This document shows, in pieces, positions 32,079 to 42,785 of a stretch of 64,000 nucleotides of DNA. Origin of the DNA: an uncultured Gemmatimonadaceae bacterium (GTDB lineage: Bacteria; Gemmatimonadota; Gemmatimonadetes; Gemmatimonadales; Gemmatimonadaceae). Below the pieces are notes generated by a model that made no database searches, was not told the DNA's origin, and was given only the letters and a program-made list of their open reading frames with translations. The stretch is taken from the NCBI GenBank assembly GCA_963829055.1, contig CAWHHI010000008.1:1-64000 (forward strand), given 5' to 3'. The position numbers and the translations under genes were made by a program. Position 1 is the first letter of the stretch. Each line of letters starts with the position of its first letter.

Positions 32079-32431
32079 TCATACACCGGGAGTGCGCGGA
32101 TCGTTTCCACCCGTCGCACCGGGCCGGTAACGAAGCGGCCCCGCTCGTGGCGGGGCCGCGCCGATACGCCGTAAACTACGATGCAACGGGCGGTTGTCAA
32201 GCGCCGCCGTACAGCGCGGCTCCTTCTGCATCGTGGACGAGCGATCGCATTGCCCGTCACGACAGTGGGCGAACCGAGCGAGAGAAAATTGCGTGTGCTG
32301 CCGTTGATACGCATCACGGGCGGTGCTTTGGAGGGCTCTCCTCGCACCATTGCGTTCCCAAGCTATGCTGATATTCTTCGCGCCGCCCCGATAGGAATAT
32401 CCTGACGCTTTCCATCTCAAGGAGTGACCTG

Positions 32432-32839
32432 ATGCGTATTCGTCGTGCCGCCGCTGTGGTTGCGGCATTCGCTCTCACCGGATGCTACCACTCAGTGATC
32501 CAGACCGGCCGTCCCGAGTCGAGCGACGTCATCTCGATCAAGTGGGCGAATGGTTTCATCTATGGCCTGGTTCCGCCCCCGGTCGTCGAAACTGCGGCAC
32601 GATGCACGAACGGAGTTGCCAAGGTCGAGACGCAGCACAGCTTCCTGAACGGTCTGGCCGCCGTGGTCACATTCGGCATCTACACACCAATCCAGATCGA
32701 CGTGACGTGCGCTGCTCGCGGTACGGCGTCGGCCGAGTCGGTGATCAAGGTGGAGAAAGGCAAGACCGCGGCGCAGGCGCTGAACGAAGCCGCCGCACTG
32801 GCGGTCGAGAAGGATTCGCCGGTCTTCGTCCAGTTCTAG
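32432..32839 (+). CDS. Bor-family lipoprotein
   Basis: LTGC lipobox, FIYGLV, C..GVAKVETQHSFLNGL..TFGIYTP..VTC. Confidence 0.8.
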   Translation: MRIRRAAAVVAAFALTGCYHSVIQTGRPESSDVISIKWANGFIYGLVPPPVVETAARCTNGVAKVETQHSFLNGLAAVVTFGIYTPIQIDVTCAARGTASAESVIKVEKGKTAAQALNEAAALAVEKDSPVFVQF

Positions 32840-32906
32840 CAATTCTCGCAGGAGACACGCCTACGAGGCGCGAATCGAGTACCTAACGCCCGCTCCTGAC
32901 GCGCGC

Positions 32907-32943
32907 GAGCCCGGTTTCGGAAGGTCCGAAACCGGGCTCTTTG
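32907..32943 (+). terminator. Intrinsic terminator
   Basis: GAGCCCGGTTTCGGA..TCCGAAACCGGGCTC followed by TTT. Confidence 0.8.
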
Positions 32944-33022
32944 CGTCGTGTTGCCGTTCTTCCCCTGGTACGTTTGCTACCTGTGCTGCCTGTCTTACGG
33001 GTGATCGATTTGGGCTGCGCGG

Positions 33023-33439
33023 CTATCTCGCGTCCCGGGCGTCCCCCGCTGCTTCGACGCTCTCTTCTTCCATGTCATCCCGCCCAGAGCGCGAGCCGTT
33101 GCCCTGATCGCGTGACATCCCCTCGCGCGAGACCTCCACCGGTGACTCGCGGTCGGAGTACGCCGCGCCGGACGTCTCGTTGCCGCGTCCGTTGGATTGA
33201 CGCCCACGATTCTTGGCGCCACGGGACTCCCCACCCTCGCGTCCAATCGCGGCCATGTGCGCGCGATCGCGACTCACAACCTCTCCTCCCTTTCGGCCCG
33301 CGACGCGAGCCTCGTCCGACGTCCACTCGTGAGCGGTTCCCTTCGCGTGCGCAGCACGCCCGCCCTTGCTGGCGATCTCTTTCTGTCGGTTCGCGTCCAT
33401 CGACGCAAACCCCCGCTTGCTCTTGCCCGTTCCCGACAT
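33023..33439 (-). CDS. KGG-motif general stress protein
   Basis: RGFASMD..KEIASKGG, AGRKGG, IGREGG. Confidence 0.85.
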   Translation of the reverse strand: MSGTGKSKRGFASMDANRQKEIASKGGRAAHAKGTAHEWTSDEARVAGRKGGEVVSRDRAHMAAIGREGGESRGAKNRGRQSNGRGNETSGAAYSDRESPVEVSREGMSRDQGNGSRSGRDDMEEESVEAAGDARDAR

Positions 33440-33900
33440 CCGCGCCTCCATCAGTTGGGGTCATGTCAACTCTGGCTCGCGGATCCCCAACAGCTTCTAT
33501 CCGCGAGCACCGCAACAATCCAATTCCCTGACCCAACACACCAGCCCGGCGCAATTCATGGGCCGTAACGTGAGAGCGGGCGTAGAATTTTCTACAATCA
33601 AGTGACTAGGTGGCCAACTTCGCACTCGATGCTCGCCCACGTTTCCCAACCAATCTGCGAGTCCGCACATCATCGCAGAAGCAGCGGCACGCCGCGGTCT
33701 CCACTCGCCCGCCGCGTACATCGGGTTCGAAGCGCCGCCCTGGCCGAGCGCCTGCGACGACCGATAGCGGTGATGAGCGTTCACACAATTAGTTGGAATC
33801 GCAACCCTATCGCGTAAGGCAAGCGGGTTGCAAGGCAAGGCACGGGCCGCGCGCTCGTGCATTAGCTGAGAATCGCGCTACTGCGGGCTATATTCCCGCT

Positions 33901-34872
33901 GTGTCACTCTCGCTCCGGTTTCTCGGGACATCGGCCTCGCGCCCGACCGTCGAACGCGGCGTCAGCTCCATCGCCGTCGTGCGCGAAGGAGAGACATTTC
34001 TTTTCGATTGCGGTGAAGGTACACAGCGCCAGATGATGCGGTATGGGGTCGCGTTCTCGCTCCGCGACATCTTCTTCTCCCATATGCACGTCGATCACAT
34101 CCTCGGTGTGATTGGCCTGATGCGGACCATGGCGCTGCAGGGCCGCGAAGAAACGCTGCGCATTTTCGGGCCCCCGGGCTCGGCGAAAGTACTTCGTCGT
34201 GCAGAGACCATCGGCGCGGACCGGGTCGGATTTCCCGTGGAATACAGGGAACTCACGCCCGGCGAATCGATTCGCCGTGACGGTTACGAGATCGTTGCCT
34301 TCGCGGCAGATCATGTGCGCACGCCGGCGCTCGGCTTCGCGCTGGTCGAAGCGCTTCGCCTTGGCCGATTCAATCCCGATCGCGCGCGCGAGATGGGAGT
34401 GCCCGAAGGCCCCATGTGGGGGCGCCTGCACCGCGGCATGCGCGTCACGCTCGAAGACGGGCGCGAGATCGACCCGGCGGACCTCGTTGGTCCCACTCGG
34501 CCAGGACGGAAGCTCGTCATCACAGGCGATACGCGACCGTGCGATGCCACCGCGGAGGCATCAACGGGAGCCGACCTCCTCGTGCACGAGGCAACGTTCG
34601 CCGAGGAGGAGGCATCGCGCGCGTCGGAGACCGGTCACTCGACGGCACGTGAGGCCGCCCAGATCGCGGTGCGCGCGGGCGTGAGGCGGCTCGTACTCAC
34701 GCACGTGTCGGCCCGCTATTCCCGCGATGTGTCGGACCTCGAACGGGAGGCACGCGCAGTCTTTCCCGTAACGCAGGTCGCGCGCGATGGGACCGAGATC
34801 GACATCCCGTTCCCGGATGCGGCGGAATTGTCTGACGCGACTGGCCGCGCCCCGCACGTCGCGAGTACTTAA
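33901..34872 (+). CDS. rnz: Ribonuclease Z
   Basis: FLGT, DCGEGTQ, SHMHVDH, GVPEGP exosite, GDT, HEATF, GHST, THVSARY. Confidence 0.93.
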   Translation: MSLSLRFLGTSASRPTVERGVSSIAVVREGETFLFDCGEGTQRQMMRYGVAFSLRDIFFSHMHVDHILGVIGLMRTMALQGREETLRIFGPPGSAKVLRRAETIGADRVGFPVEYRELTPGESIRRDGYEIVAFAADHVRTPALGFALVEALRLGRFNPDRAREMGVPEGPMWGRLHRGMRVTLEDGREIDPADLVGPTRPGRKLVITGDTRPCDATAEASTGADLLVHEATFAEEEASRASETGHSTAREAAQIAVRAGVRRLVLTHVSARYSRDVSDLEREARAVFPVTQVARDGTEIDIPFPDAAELSDATGRAPHVAST

Positions 34873-34937
34873 CTCGCCAACGTGAGCACGCGTGGGTTAG
34901 TGCGAGCTCCCGTGGCTAGCGGTTACGGTCGAGTCCG

Positions 34938-35231
34938 CTATCTCGAGCCGCTGGGCCCCGCCGTCGACGGTGCACGTGACGTGGACACGGGCATCGATCG
35001 GCGGTAAAGCCGCTGCAACTGGGCGTCCGTCAGCGAATCCAGCACCGTAGCGCGATTCAGCCGGGCCGTCACGTCATTCGACTCGGCGCCCGGATTGATG
35101 TACCACCCATAGCGATCGAGTTGCGATGTCCGCCCGTCGGGGTGGCGGAAGACGACCATCGCGTTACTGGCGCCAGGAGACTGCACTTCGACCGTCCAGT
35201 TAATGCCGTCAGGTCCCGTGAACGAGCGCAT
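34938..35231 (-). CDS. Hypothetical protein
   Basis: MRSFTGPDGINWTVEV..; 97 aa. Confidence 0.6.
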   Translation of the reverse strand: MRSFTGPDGINWTVEVQSPGASNAMVVFRHPDGRTSQLDRYGWYINPGAESNDVTARLNRATVLDSLTDAQLQRLYRRSMPVSTSRAPSTAGPSGSR

Positions 35232-35274
35232 GATGTGAGGTTCGAGTGATGAAGTGAAATGCTCCGGATGCTCT

Positions 35275-35787
35275 TTACGCCCTGACCGCTCTACCGTTTT
35301 GCTCCGCGTCACGCTCCTCGAGACGACGCCGACGCCGATCCTGAGCCGCCGCATAACGCCGCTTCTCCGCGTCGCTCTCGGCGACGAGCATCGGGATTTC
35401 ACGCGGGTGCCCGTGGTCGTCCACGGCGACGAACGTGAGGTAGCAGGAGTTCGTGTGCCGTCGCACGCCCGAGATCAGATCTTCGGCTTCGACGCGAACC
35501 CCGATCTCCATGGACGTCCGACCCACGAAGTTGACGCTCGCCTTGAGCACGACGAGGTCACCGAGGTGAATGGGCTCCCGGAAGTCTACCCGGTCGATCG
35601 ACGCGGTCACGCAGGTCGAGCGGGCATGCCGGATCGCCGCGACCGCGGCGGTCTTGTCGACCAGCGCCATCACGACTCCGCCGAATACGTTCCCGAGGTT
35701 ATTGGCGTCCGGCGGAAGCATGAGCGCCGAGGACTCGTGCTGCGACTCGCGCACGGTTCGGCTCGAGCGGGCGTTAGCGACGGTCAC
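35275..35787 (-). CDS. Hotdog-fold acyl-CoA thioesterase
   Basis: PPDANNLGNVFGG, VTAS..F..PI, GRTSMEIGV, TFVAVD; in frame with the upstream ORF. Confidence 0.85.
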   Translation of the reverse strand: MTVANARSSRTVRESQHESSALMLPPDANNLGNVFGGVVMALVDKTAAVAAIRHARSTCVTASIDRVDFREPIHLGDLVVLKASVNFVGRTSMEIGVRVEAEDLISGVRRHTNSCYLTFVAVDDHGHPREIPMLVAESDAEKRRYAAAQDRRRRRLEERDAEQNGRAVRA

Positions 35788-35789
35788 TT

Positions 35790-37047
35790 TCGCGACGGTC
35801 ACGGCGGTGAATCGGAGGACGAGACGCGGACCGCGTACGACGAGCAGGCGCTCATGGGGCGTACTGTGTGACTGACCTGTCACGACGTTCGCACGAGCGC
35901 GCGCGGGACCGAGTACGGTGCGGGCGGCACCGGAATAGAGCGACGACTCATCGAACGCACGAGAGAGCCCGCGGACCACCGTGGTATCGACGTCGGGCGT
36001 ATCGAGCCGATAGACGCGCCGCGCTGGTGTCGGAAGGCGCGTGGCGTTCCACTCTCGCTGCGTCGAATCCCGCACGACGAGCGTGGCGAAATCACCGCTC
36101 GTGTCGTACCGGGCGATGACATCGTACCGCGGGCCGTCCCACACCTCGCTCACGGAATCGGCACTGAGCTTCGGGACGGTCGCGGCGATCTCGGCCCACC
36201 ATGCGGGCTGCGGAGCGCGTACGTGCGGGAGCGGCAGTGAGAGCCCACCGCCCGGGCCACCCTTGCCCGGCACGTAGAACCCGACCATCGGCGCGCCATC
36301 GATGTCCACGATCGCGAAGCTGGTGGAGTCGAATTGGAAGGTGTCAATGGCACGCGCGGCCCGGCGGCCGTCTACGCCACTCGCGCGGCGCACCGAGTCG
36401 ATGACGATGCGGTACGCGGCGCGCCCTTCGGCGATGATGCGGTGCGCGACGCTGTCTCCGAAGACGCCGTGCAGCGTCGCGGTGGACCCGTCACGCAGGT
36501 CGACGACGCTGTGTCGCATCACGTGCGAATCTTCGACGTTGGCGATGTCGATGTTGGTGCTGTACGCGAAGGAAAGCAGCGGGCCAACGACGTCGAGCAG
36601 CTCCGCATCGCTCGTCGCGACCGTATGCGGCTCGTCGCTTCCCTCCTCGTCCGCGTCCAGCCTGCGCTCGCCGGGGTGCTCCGCTGCGTAGGCGCGCGCG
36701 ATTCCGTTGACGCGGCGATCCTCGAACACCGGAACGGAATCCCCGGAGACGAGGTCACGCCGGTAGATGCGCTGGCCGACGAGGAGCGCGTCGAAGTACG
36801 AGCGATCGTCGTCGGTGACATAGAGCTCGTAGAACCGACCACGAACGTTCGCGAGGGTGAGCGGCGCGCGTCGAAGCCGAAGCCGACCTTCGGTGGTCGT
36901 CACCCAAAATGCGGAGTCGCCGGCGGTGACGAGAAATTCCGCCGCCGGAGGCGATTCGTTCAGTCGCGGGCGAGATGAACACCCGGCGGCCATGGTGAAG
37001 AGCGCGGCACAGGCAATTGTCGCGCGCAGAGACGAGAGGGGGGGCAT
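35790..37047 (-). CDS. Hypothetical lipoprotein
   Basis: AAGC lipobox; long ORF; 3' end uncertain. Confidence 0.6.
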
Positions 37048-37146
37048 CGTCGTCGGAATATAGCCGAGCCCATTGCCTCGCCGCAGGGCGACGCGCTGGG
37101 CGGCGATTAGATTGCCGCACCCCGACTACCTCTGCCGTGAGTCTCG

Positions 37147-38397
37147 ATGCATCGCTACCTGCCGCTCGTCGTCGTCCTGCTGGCTTGCTCCTCTTCCGCG
37201 GGCGACCGGTCTGACTCCACCGCCCAGGCGTCCGCCGCGCCCGCCACCTCGACTCCTGCGCCGGCCGCCGCTGCTGGAGCGATGGCGAGCGATTCGGCCG
37301 GCACGGCCGTCAGCGCCGCGAGCGGCGGCTCAGCGACGGCGAGCACGGCTCCAGCTACGGCGGTGCGCCCGGCATCGGCCGCGGATCTCCCGATCGTGCG
37401 CGGTCTGTACGTGAACCGCTTCGCCGCCCAGAGCGCCAAGCGCATGCACAAGCTCATCGCGATCGCGGACTCCACCGAGATCAATGCCTTCGTCATCGAC
37501 GTGAAGGACGAGTTCGGGCTGAACATCGCGTCGCAGGATCCGATGGTGCAGAAGAATGCTGGCAAGGCCGGCGTGATCCCTAACGCGAAAGCGTTGCTCG
37601 ACACGCTCAAGGCGCACGACATCCTGGCGATCGCGCGGATCGTGGTGTTCAAGGACTCGGTCGCGGCACGCGTCAATCCCGATCACGTGATCCGGAAGCC
37701 GGACGGCACGGCATGGCGCGACAAGCAGGGCCTAACGTGGGTGAATCCGTACGACGAGGAGATCTGGGAGTACGACATGCGCGTGGCGGAGGAAGCGGTG
37801 CGCCTGGGATTTGGCGAGGTGCAGTTCGACTACATCCGCTTTCCCGAGCCGTACAAGAGCCTTCCGCCGCAGGTATTCCCCAAACAGAACGGGCGCTCGA
37901 AGCCGGACGTGCTCGCGGAGTTCCTGCGACGGGCGAACGGGCGCCTCGACAAGCTGGGCGCACGGACGACCGCGGACATCTTCGGTCTCGTCACGACGGT
38001 GGGCGGCGCCCTCGAGATCGGGCAGGAGTGGGAGAAGGTCTCACCGGCGGTGGACGTGGTGCTGCCGATGACGTACCCGTCGCACTATCCGCCAGGCGCG
38101 TTCGGCGTGAAGCGGCCTAACGCGGAGCCGTACACGATCCAGTTGAAGGCGATCTCGCGCGCGCGCCAGCGCGACGAGAAGCTCGGACTCTCGGGTGAGC
38201 GCGTGCGCCCGTGGATCCAGGCCTTCTCGCTGGGCCAACCGAAGTACGATGCGTCGCATGTGAAGGAGCAGATGCGCGGCATCTACGACGCGGGCTACAA
38301 CGGGTGGGTGTGGTGGCACCCCGGCTCTGTCTACGAGCCGTACCTCGGGGCACTCGAGACGAAGCTCGTGCCACACGCCAAAACAGGCGGCAAATAG
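37147..38397 (+). CDS. Putative glycoside hydrolase (DUF4015-like) lipoprotein
   Basis: LLAC, VRGLY, INAFVIDVKD, ARIVVFKD, QFDYIRFP, YPSHY, PWIQAF. Confidence 0.8.
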   Translation: MHRYLPLVVVLLACSSSAGDRSDSTAQASAAPATSTPAPAAAAGAMASDSAGTAVSAASGGSATASTAPATAVRPASAADLPIVRGLYVNRFAAQSAKRMHKLIAIADSTEINAFVIDVKDEFGLNIASQDPMVQKNAGKAGVIPNAKALLDTLKAHDILAIARIVVFKDSVAARVNPDHVIRKPDGTAWRDKQGLTWVNPYDEEIWEYDMRVAEEAVRLGFGEVQFDYIRFPEPYKSLPPQVFPKQNGRSKPDVLAEFLRRANGRLDKLGARTTADIFGLVTTVGGALEIGQEWEKVSPAVDVVLPMTYPSHYPPGAFGVKRPNAEPYTIQLKAISRARQRDEKLGLSGERVRPWIQAFSLGQPKYDASHVKEQMRGIYDAGYNGWVWWHPGSVYEPYLGALETKLVPHAKTGGK

Positions 38398-38400
38398 ACT

Positions 38401-38520
38401 CAGCGAGCAGCCGGCACGCAGCTGCCCGCTGGGCACATCTGCCGACGGCTGCATGCTGCGGCCGCACGCTGCGCGCTGCTGCTATTAGCGCCCAGCAACC
38501 TACGTGCTGCTCGCTGCTCG
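38401..38520. repeat. Left arm of a ~120-bp inverted repeat
   Basis: Reverse complement of 39122-39239. Confidence 0.85.
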
Positions 38521-38617
38521 CAAACGGCAAGCGGCGTTGGCACCGCCTCGCAATCGAATGGTTGGTAGCGCCTAACGGCGGTACGGCAATGGGAACGTGC
38601 GGCCATATCTTGGCGGC

Positions 38618-39100
38618 ATGACTCCATTCCCTGATCCTCCCGGCTTCGCCGACTGGGAGGCGACCGTACCGGCGTCGTTCAAGCGGGACACGATCTGGCG
38701 CACGCCTGCCTACCGCTTCGGTCTGTGGTTGGGCGACTTGGTGAAGGCCGACGCAAATGTGCTGCGCGCTGACCGGAACAGTCGTAATGACGCCGACCAA
38801 CTGCTACGGGCGGTAGGGTCTATCAGTTCCAACCTTTCGGAAGGCTACAGTCGCAGCACTGGCCCGGAGCGAGCGCGCTACTACGATTACGCACTCGCAT
38901 CGGCCAGAGAGTCGAGGGACTGGTATTTCAAAGCGAGAGACGTGTTAGGCATCGAGAGGATGGAGCATCGCATCGAGATCCTCGACCGCATCATTCGGAT
39001 CCTCACTGCGATTGTTCCGCGTGAACGCGAGGATAAGTCGCACAGGCGACGGCGGAAGGACCGCGATAATCGCCCGCCGCGAACAGATCTGGACCGCTAG
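38618..39100 (+). CDS. Four-helix-bundle protein (23S rRNA IVP family)
   Basis: DQLLRAVGSISSNLSEGYSR..ARYYDYALASARE..W. Confidence 0.88.
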   Translation: MTPFPDPPGFADWEATVPASFKRDTIWRTPAYRFGLWLGDLVKADANVLRADRNSRNDADQLLRAVGSISSNLSEGYSRSTGPERARYYDYALASARESRDWYFKARDVLGIERMEHRIEILDRIIRILTAIVPREREDKSHRRRRKDRDNRPPRTDLDR

Positions 39101-39121
39101 CCGCGCGGCAGCGCGCCGTTA

Positions 39122-39239
39122 CGAGCAGCGAGCAGCGCGTGGGTGACCGGCGCGGTATTGGCAGCAGCGGGCAGCGTGCGGCCGCAGCATGCAGCCGTCG
39201 GCAGAGAGCGGGCAGCTGGACGTGCCGGCTGGCTCGCTG
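39122..39239. repeat. Right arm of the inverted repeat
   Basis: Reverse complement of 38401-38520. Confidence 0.85.
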
Positions 39240-39250
39240 GTTGCTACGTG

Positions 39251-41540
39251 CTAGAAATCGGCCGAGATCCGGACGAGGATGTTTCGGCCCGGATCAAGCG
39301 CGAAGCTCTTGTACCGGCTCAGGAATGACGTGTACCGCGTGTTCGCGAGATTGCGCACGCGCAGGTCGAAGCGAAACGGATGCGATCCGATGTGGCGCGC
39401 CAGGCCCGCGTCGAGGCCCAGCAGCGTGTAGCCGTCCGTCGGCTGGTCGAACTGGCCGAGTCGTGTCTGCTTCGACGAGATCTCGACGTCCACACCGGCG
39501 TGCGCACGCTCGGCCCAACTCAGGCCCACGGTGTGGAAGTCCGTCTCCAACGTCGTGCGCGGAGCCGGCATGAGCGGGAGCGGCTCGTCCGTGTCCTCGT
39601 TCGTCCCGCGCACGATGTCATAACGCGCGCGGAGTGTGACGATGCTCGTCGGATCCACATCCGCCGAGAACTCGGCGCCGTTCAGCGTCGCCAGCGTGTG
39701 CTGGTAGCGGTACACACTCAGGTTGCCCTGCTGCTGGCCCGTCGGCGCGATGTAGATGAAGTCGTCGATCCGGTTGTGAAAGCCCGACAGCTCGGCGTGC
39801 GCGCGTCGACTGCTCCACCGGAGGCTGCCGTCCAGGTTGAGGCTCGTCTCCGGATCGAGGGTCGCGTCGCCGATCTCGTAACGCGCTTCCCCCAGTCGCG
39901 GACCGTTCGCGAACAGCTCGAACAGCGTCGGCGCACGCCATGCGCGGCCGATGTTCGCGGCGACCGATACGTCCGGCACGAGTTGCACGACCGCGCCGAC
40001 GTCGCCGGAGAGCGCGCTCGAGTGACGCGATTGATCGGAGACCCCGAGGTCCGCGTTCGCATCGGCGTCCAGCGAGTGGAGATCCCCGCGTGCGCCGGCG
40101 ACGAAGCTGACGCGACCGAGATCGAATTGCTCGAACGCGAAGGCCGCGGCCGTCGCCAGCCGCGCATCGGGCACGAGCGGGATGATCCCGCGCGAGTCAC
40201 TCGACTGATACCCGCCGCTCACGCCTAACGTGCCGCGCAGCCGGCCCTCGCTCCCGTGATGTGCCAGAACGTCCGCCGTCAGCGTGTTGAGGAGGAGGTT
40301 GAATACTTCGGTCTCCGTCCCTGTCGGTGCGCCGCCCGGTCCGAGCTCGTCCGACACCTCAGCCAGCGAGTGACGCTGCCACTGGACCTTTGGCTCGAGC
40401 CGCAGCCCGCCAGCGACGTAGTTGCCGGTGAACTGCACCCGGTCGTCGGACAGCTTTCGCTCGGGCCCTTCCTCCTCTTCCTCGCTGCCCGGAGGCTTGG
40501 CCGCCTCGCCCGCCTCGAGCAGATGGAACTCGCCGCCATAACGCGCGTAGCGGAGTGTCGACGTGCCGCGAGACGAGCGGAACCCGGCCGCTGCTTCGCC
40601 GGTGACGGCGGAGAACTTCGTGTTCTCCAGCTTCCCGTCAGGCGTGGTCATGTCTTCGGAAAGCCGAGCGATTGCCGTCGCGCGCCAGCCGAGCCGTGAC
40701 CGCGCGCCCTCGGCGCCGAGCACGACGTCCCCCTCGCGATTGTTCGACGCGCCGGACAGCTCGGCCGTCGTGCGCGTGAAGTTACCCGCGCTCGCGTCAG
40801 GCAGCGCGGCGGGAACCGCGTTGACCACGCCGCCGATCGCGTCCGAGCCGTACAGCACACTCGCGGGTCCGCGAATGACTTCGACACGTTGCGCGAGACG
40901 GGCGTCGATCGACGGGCCATCCTCATCGCTCCACGAGTAGTCCTCGAGGCGATGCCCGTTGTCCAGCACCAGGACGCGCGATCCGCTGAGGCCACGGATG
41001 ACGGGCTTTCCGATCTGCTGGCCTGTCGTGAGGTTGTGCACGCCCGGCAGGCGATCGATGGCGCCCGAGAGCGTCACGCTCTGTTCCCGCTGCAGGCGAT
41101 CGCCCGCGAGTTGCGTGACCGGGAGCGGCGACCGGCTCGGATCGAGCACATCGCGCGTGGCCGTCACGACCACAGGCTCCAGGTCTCCGAGGATCAGTGG
41201 CAAGCGCAGATCGAACGACGTACGATCGCCTGCGCCAACGGTGATCGTGCGCGAGACGGACGCGTACCCCAGTCGTCGCGCGACCAGCGTGTAGCGGCCG
41301 GCAGGGACGTCGGCGAAGACGAACGCGCCCTGCGCGTTCGTCGATGCGGCGCGCGAGAGCTCCACGATGGTGACCCGCGCCGCATCGATGGGCACACCGG
41401 TCGAATCGGCAACCCGTCCGCGAATCGAATCCGAGGCCGTGGCCGTCGCGACCACTCGCTCGCTGCGCGGCACTGAAGCGTTGGCACTCGCAGCTGACTC
41501 CGAGTAACGCGATCACGGCGAGTGAAAGACAGAGCGTCAT
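39251..41540 (-). CDS. TonB-dependent receptor (frameshift near 41475)
   Basis: Carboxypeptidase-regulatory domain, VVVTATR, VEVIRGPASVLYGSDAIGGVVN, C-terminal F. Confidence 0.9.
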
Positions 41541-41564
41541 TCCTGGCTCGAAGAAAGAGAAGGT

Positions 41565-42785
41565 TCAGTCGCGTGTGAGATCGGCAACCCCGGCAACGAG
41601 ACGGTCGACCTCGTCGGCCGTCGTATAGCACGCGCATCCAGCGCGAACGACGCCGTCATCGGCGTGCCCGATTCGCTCGAGCACCGTCGTGGCGTAGAAG
41701 TCACCGTTCGAGACGAAGACGCCACGGCGAGCCAGCGCGCGCGCGACGTCGTCGGAGACCATGCCGTCGAGCGTGAAGGCGACGGTTGGCGTGCGAGCGC
41801 TTCCGGGCTGACAGCCATACATCCGCACTCCGGGAATCGCCGATAACCCATTCCACATGCGTGCGAGCAGCGCCGTTCCCTGTTCGTGCAACGTCGCGAA
41901 CGCCGACACGAGTCGGTCGCGCCGCGAGGCGCCCTGCCCCAGGCTGGCGAGATAGTCGACCGCGGCCGCCGCGCCAATGATCCCCTCGTGATTCTGCGTG
42001 CCGGTTTCGAGCCGCTCGGGCGGTGCTTCCGGCGCCGGCTGCAGCTTCGGCACGTCGAGCGACGCGATGAGATCGTTCCTGCCCCACAGCACGCCAACGT
42101 GCGGGCCATAGAACTTGTAGGCCGAGCAGGCGAGGAAGTCGCAGCCTAACGCCTTGACGTCCACGAGCACGTGCGGTGCGTAGTGCACGGCGTCGACGAA
42201 CACGAGCGCGCCCTGCGCCTTGGCGAGACGCGCGGCGGCGGCCACGTCGGTGACCGTCCCCAGCGCGTTGGACGCAGCGCCGATCGCGAGGAGCTTCGTG
42301 CGCGGTGTGATCGCCTGCTCGAGGTCGGCCCAGTCGAGCACGCCCGCCTCGGGATCCATGCGGACCGTCCTGATCGTGACGCCGCGCTCGGCGGCGAGCC
42401 GCGTCCACGGCGCGATGTTGCCATGATGATCGAGCTCCGTGACGACGACTTCGTCGCCCTTGCCCCAACGCGTCGCGAGCCCGCGCGCGAGGTGGAACGT
42501 GAGCGTCGTCATGTTCAATCCGAAGGCGATCTCCGTCGCGTCGCCGTTCACGAAGTCGGCGAACGCCACGCGCGCCGCGTCGAGTGCGGCGTCAGTCTCC
42601 GCGCTCGTCGGGTAGTTCCAGTGCGTGTTCGCGTTGTGGTAGAACAGGTACGTGTTCATCGCCTCGACGACCTGGCGCGGCACCTGCGTGCCACCAGGGC
42701 CGTCGAAATACGCAACGGGGTACCCTTCGTGCTTGCGCTCGAGCGCCGGGAAATCGCGCCTAACGTTGTTGACGTTGTTGCTCAT
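41565..42785 (-). CDS. Cysteine desulfurase-like class V aminotransferase
   Basis: YFDGPGGTQVP, DAVHYAPH, SAYKFYGPH, ETGT. Confidence 0.9.
   Translation of the reverse strand: MSNNVNNVRRDFPALERKHEGYPVAYFDGPGGTQVPRQVVEAMNTYLFYHNANTHWNYPTSAETDAALDAARVAFADFVNGDATEIAFGLNMTTLTFHLARGLATRWGKGDEVVVTELDHHGNIAPWTRLAAERGVTIRTVRMDPEAGVLDWADLEQAITPRTKLLAIGAASNALGTVTDVAAAARLAKAQGALVFVDAVHYAPHVLVDVKALGCDFLACSAYKFYGPHVGVLWGRNDLIASLDVPKLQPAPEAPPERLETGTQNHEGIIGAAAAVDYLASLGQGASRRDRLVSAFATLHEQGTALLARMWNGLSAIPGVRMYGCQPGSARTPTVAFTLDGMVSDDVARALARRGVFVSNGDFYATTVLERIGHADDGVVRAGCACYTTADEVDRLVAGVADLTRD

Noticed and set aside
35275..37047. Lipoprotein-thioesterase fusion ORF (590 aa)
   Set aside because: An exported N-terminus joined to a cytoplasmic enzyme by a junk-like linker; probably a stop codon lost to an indel.
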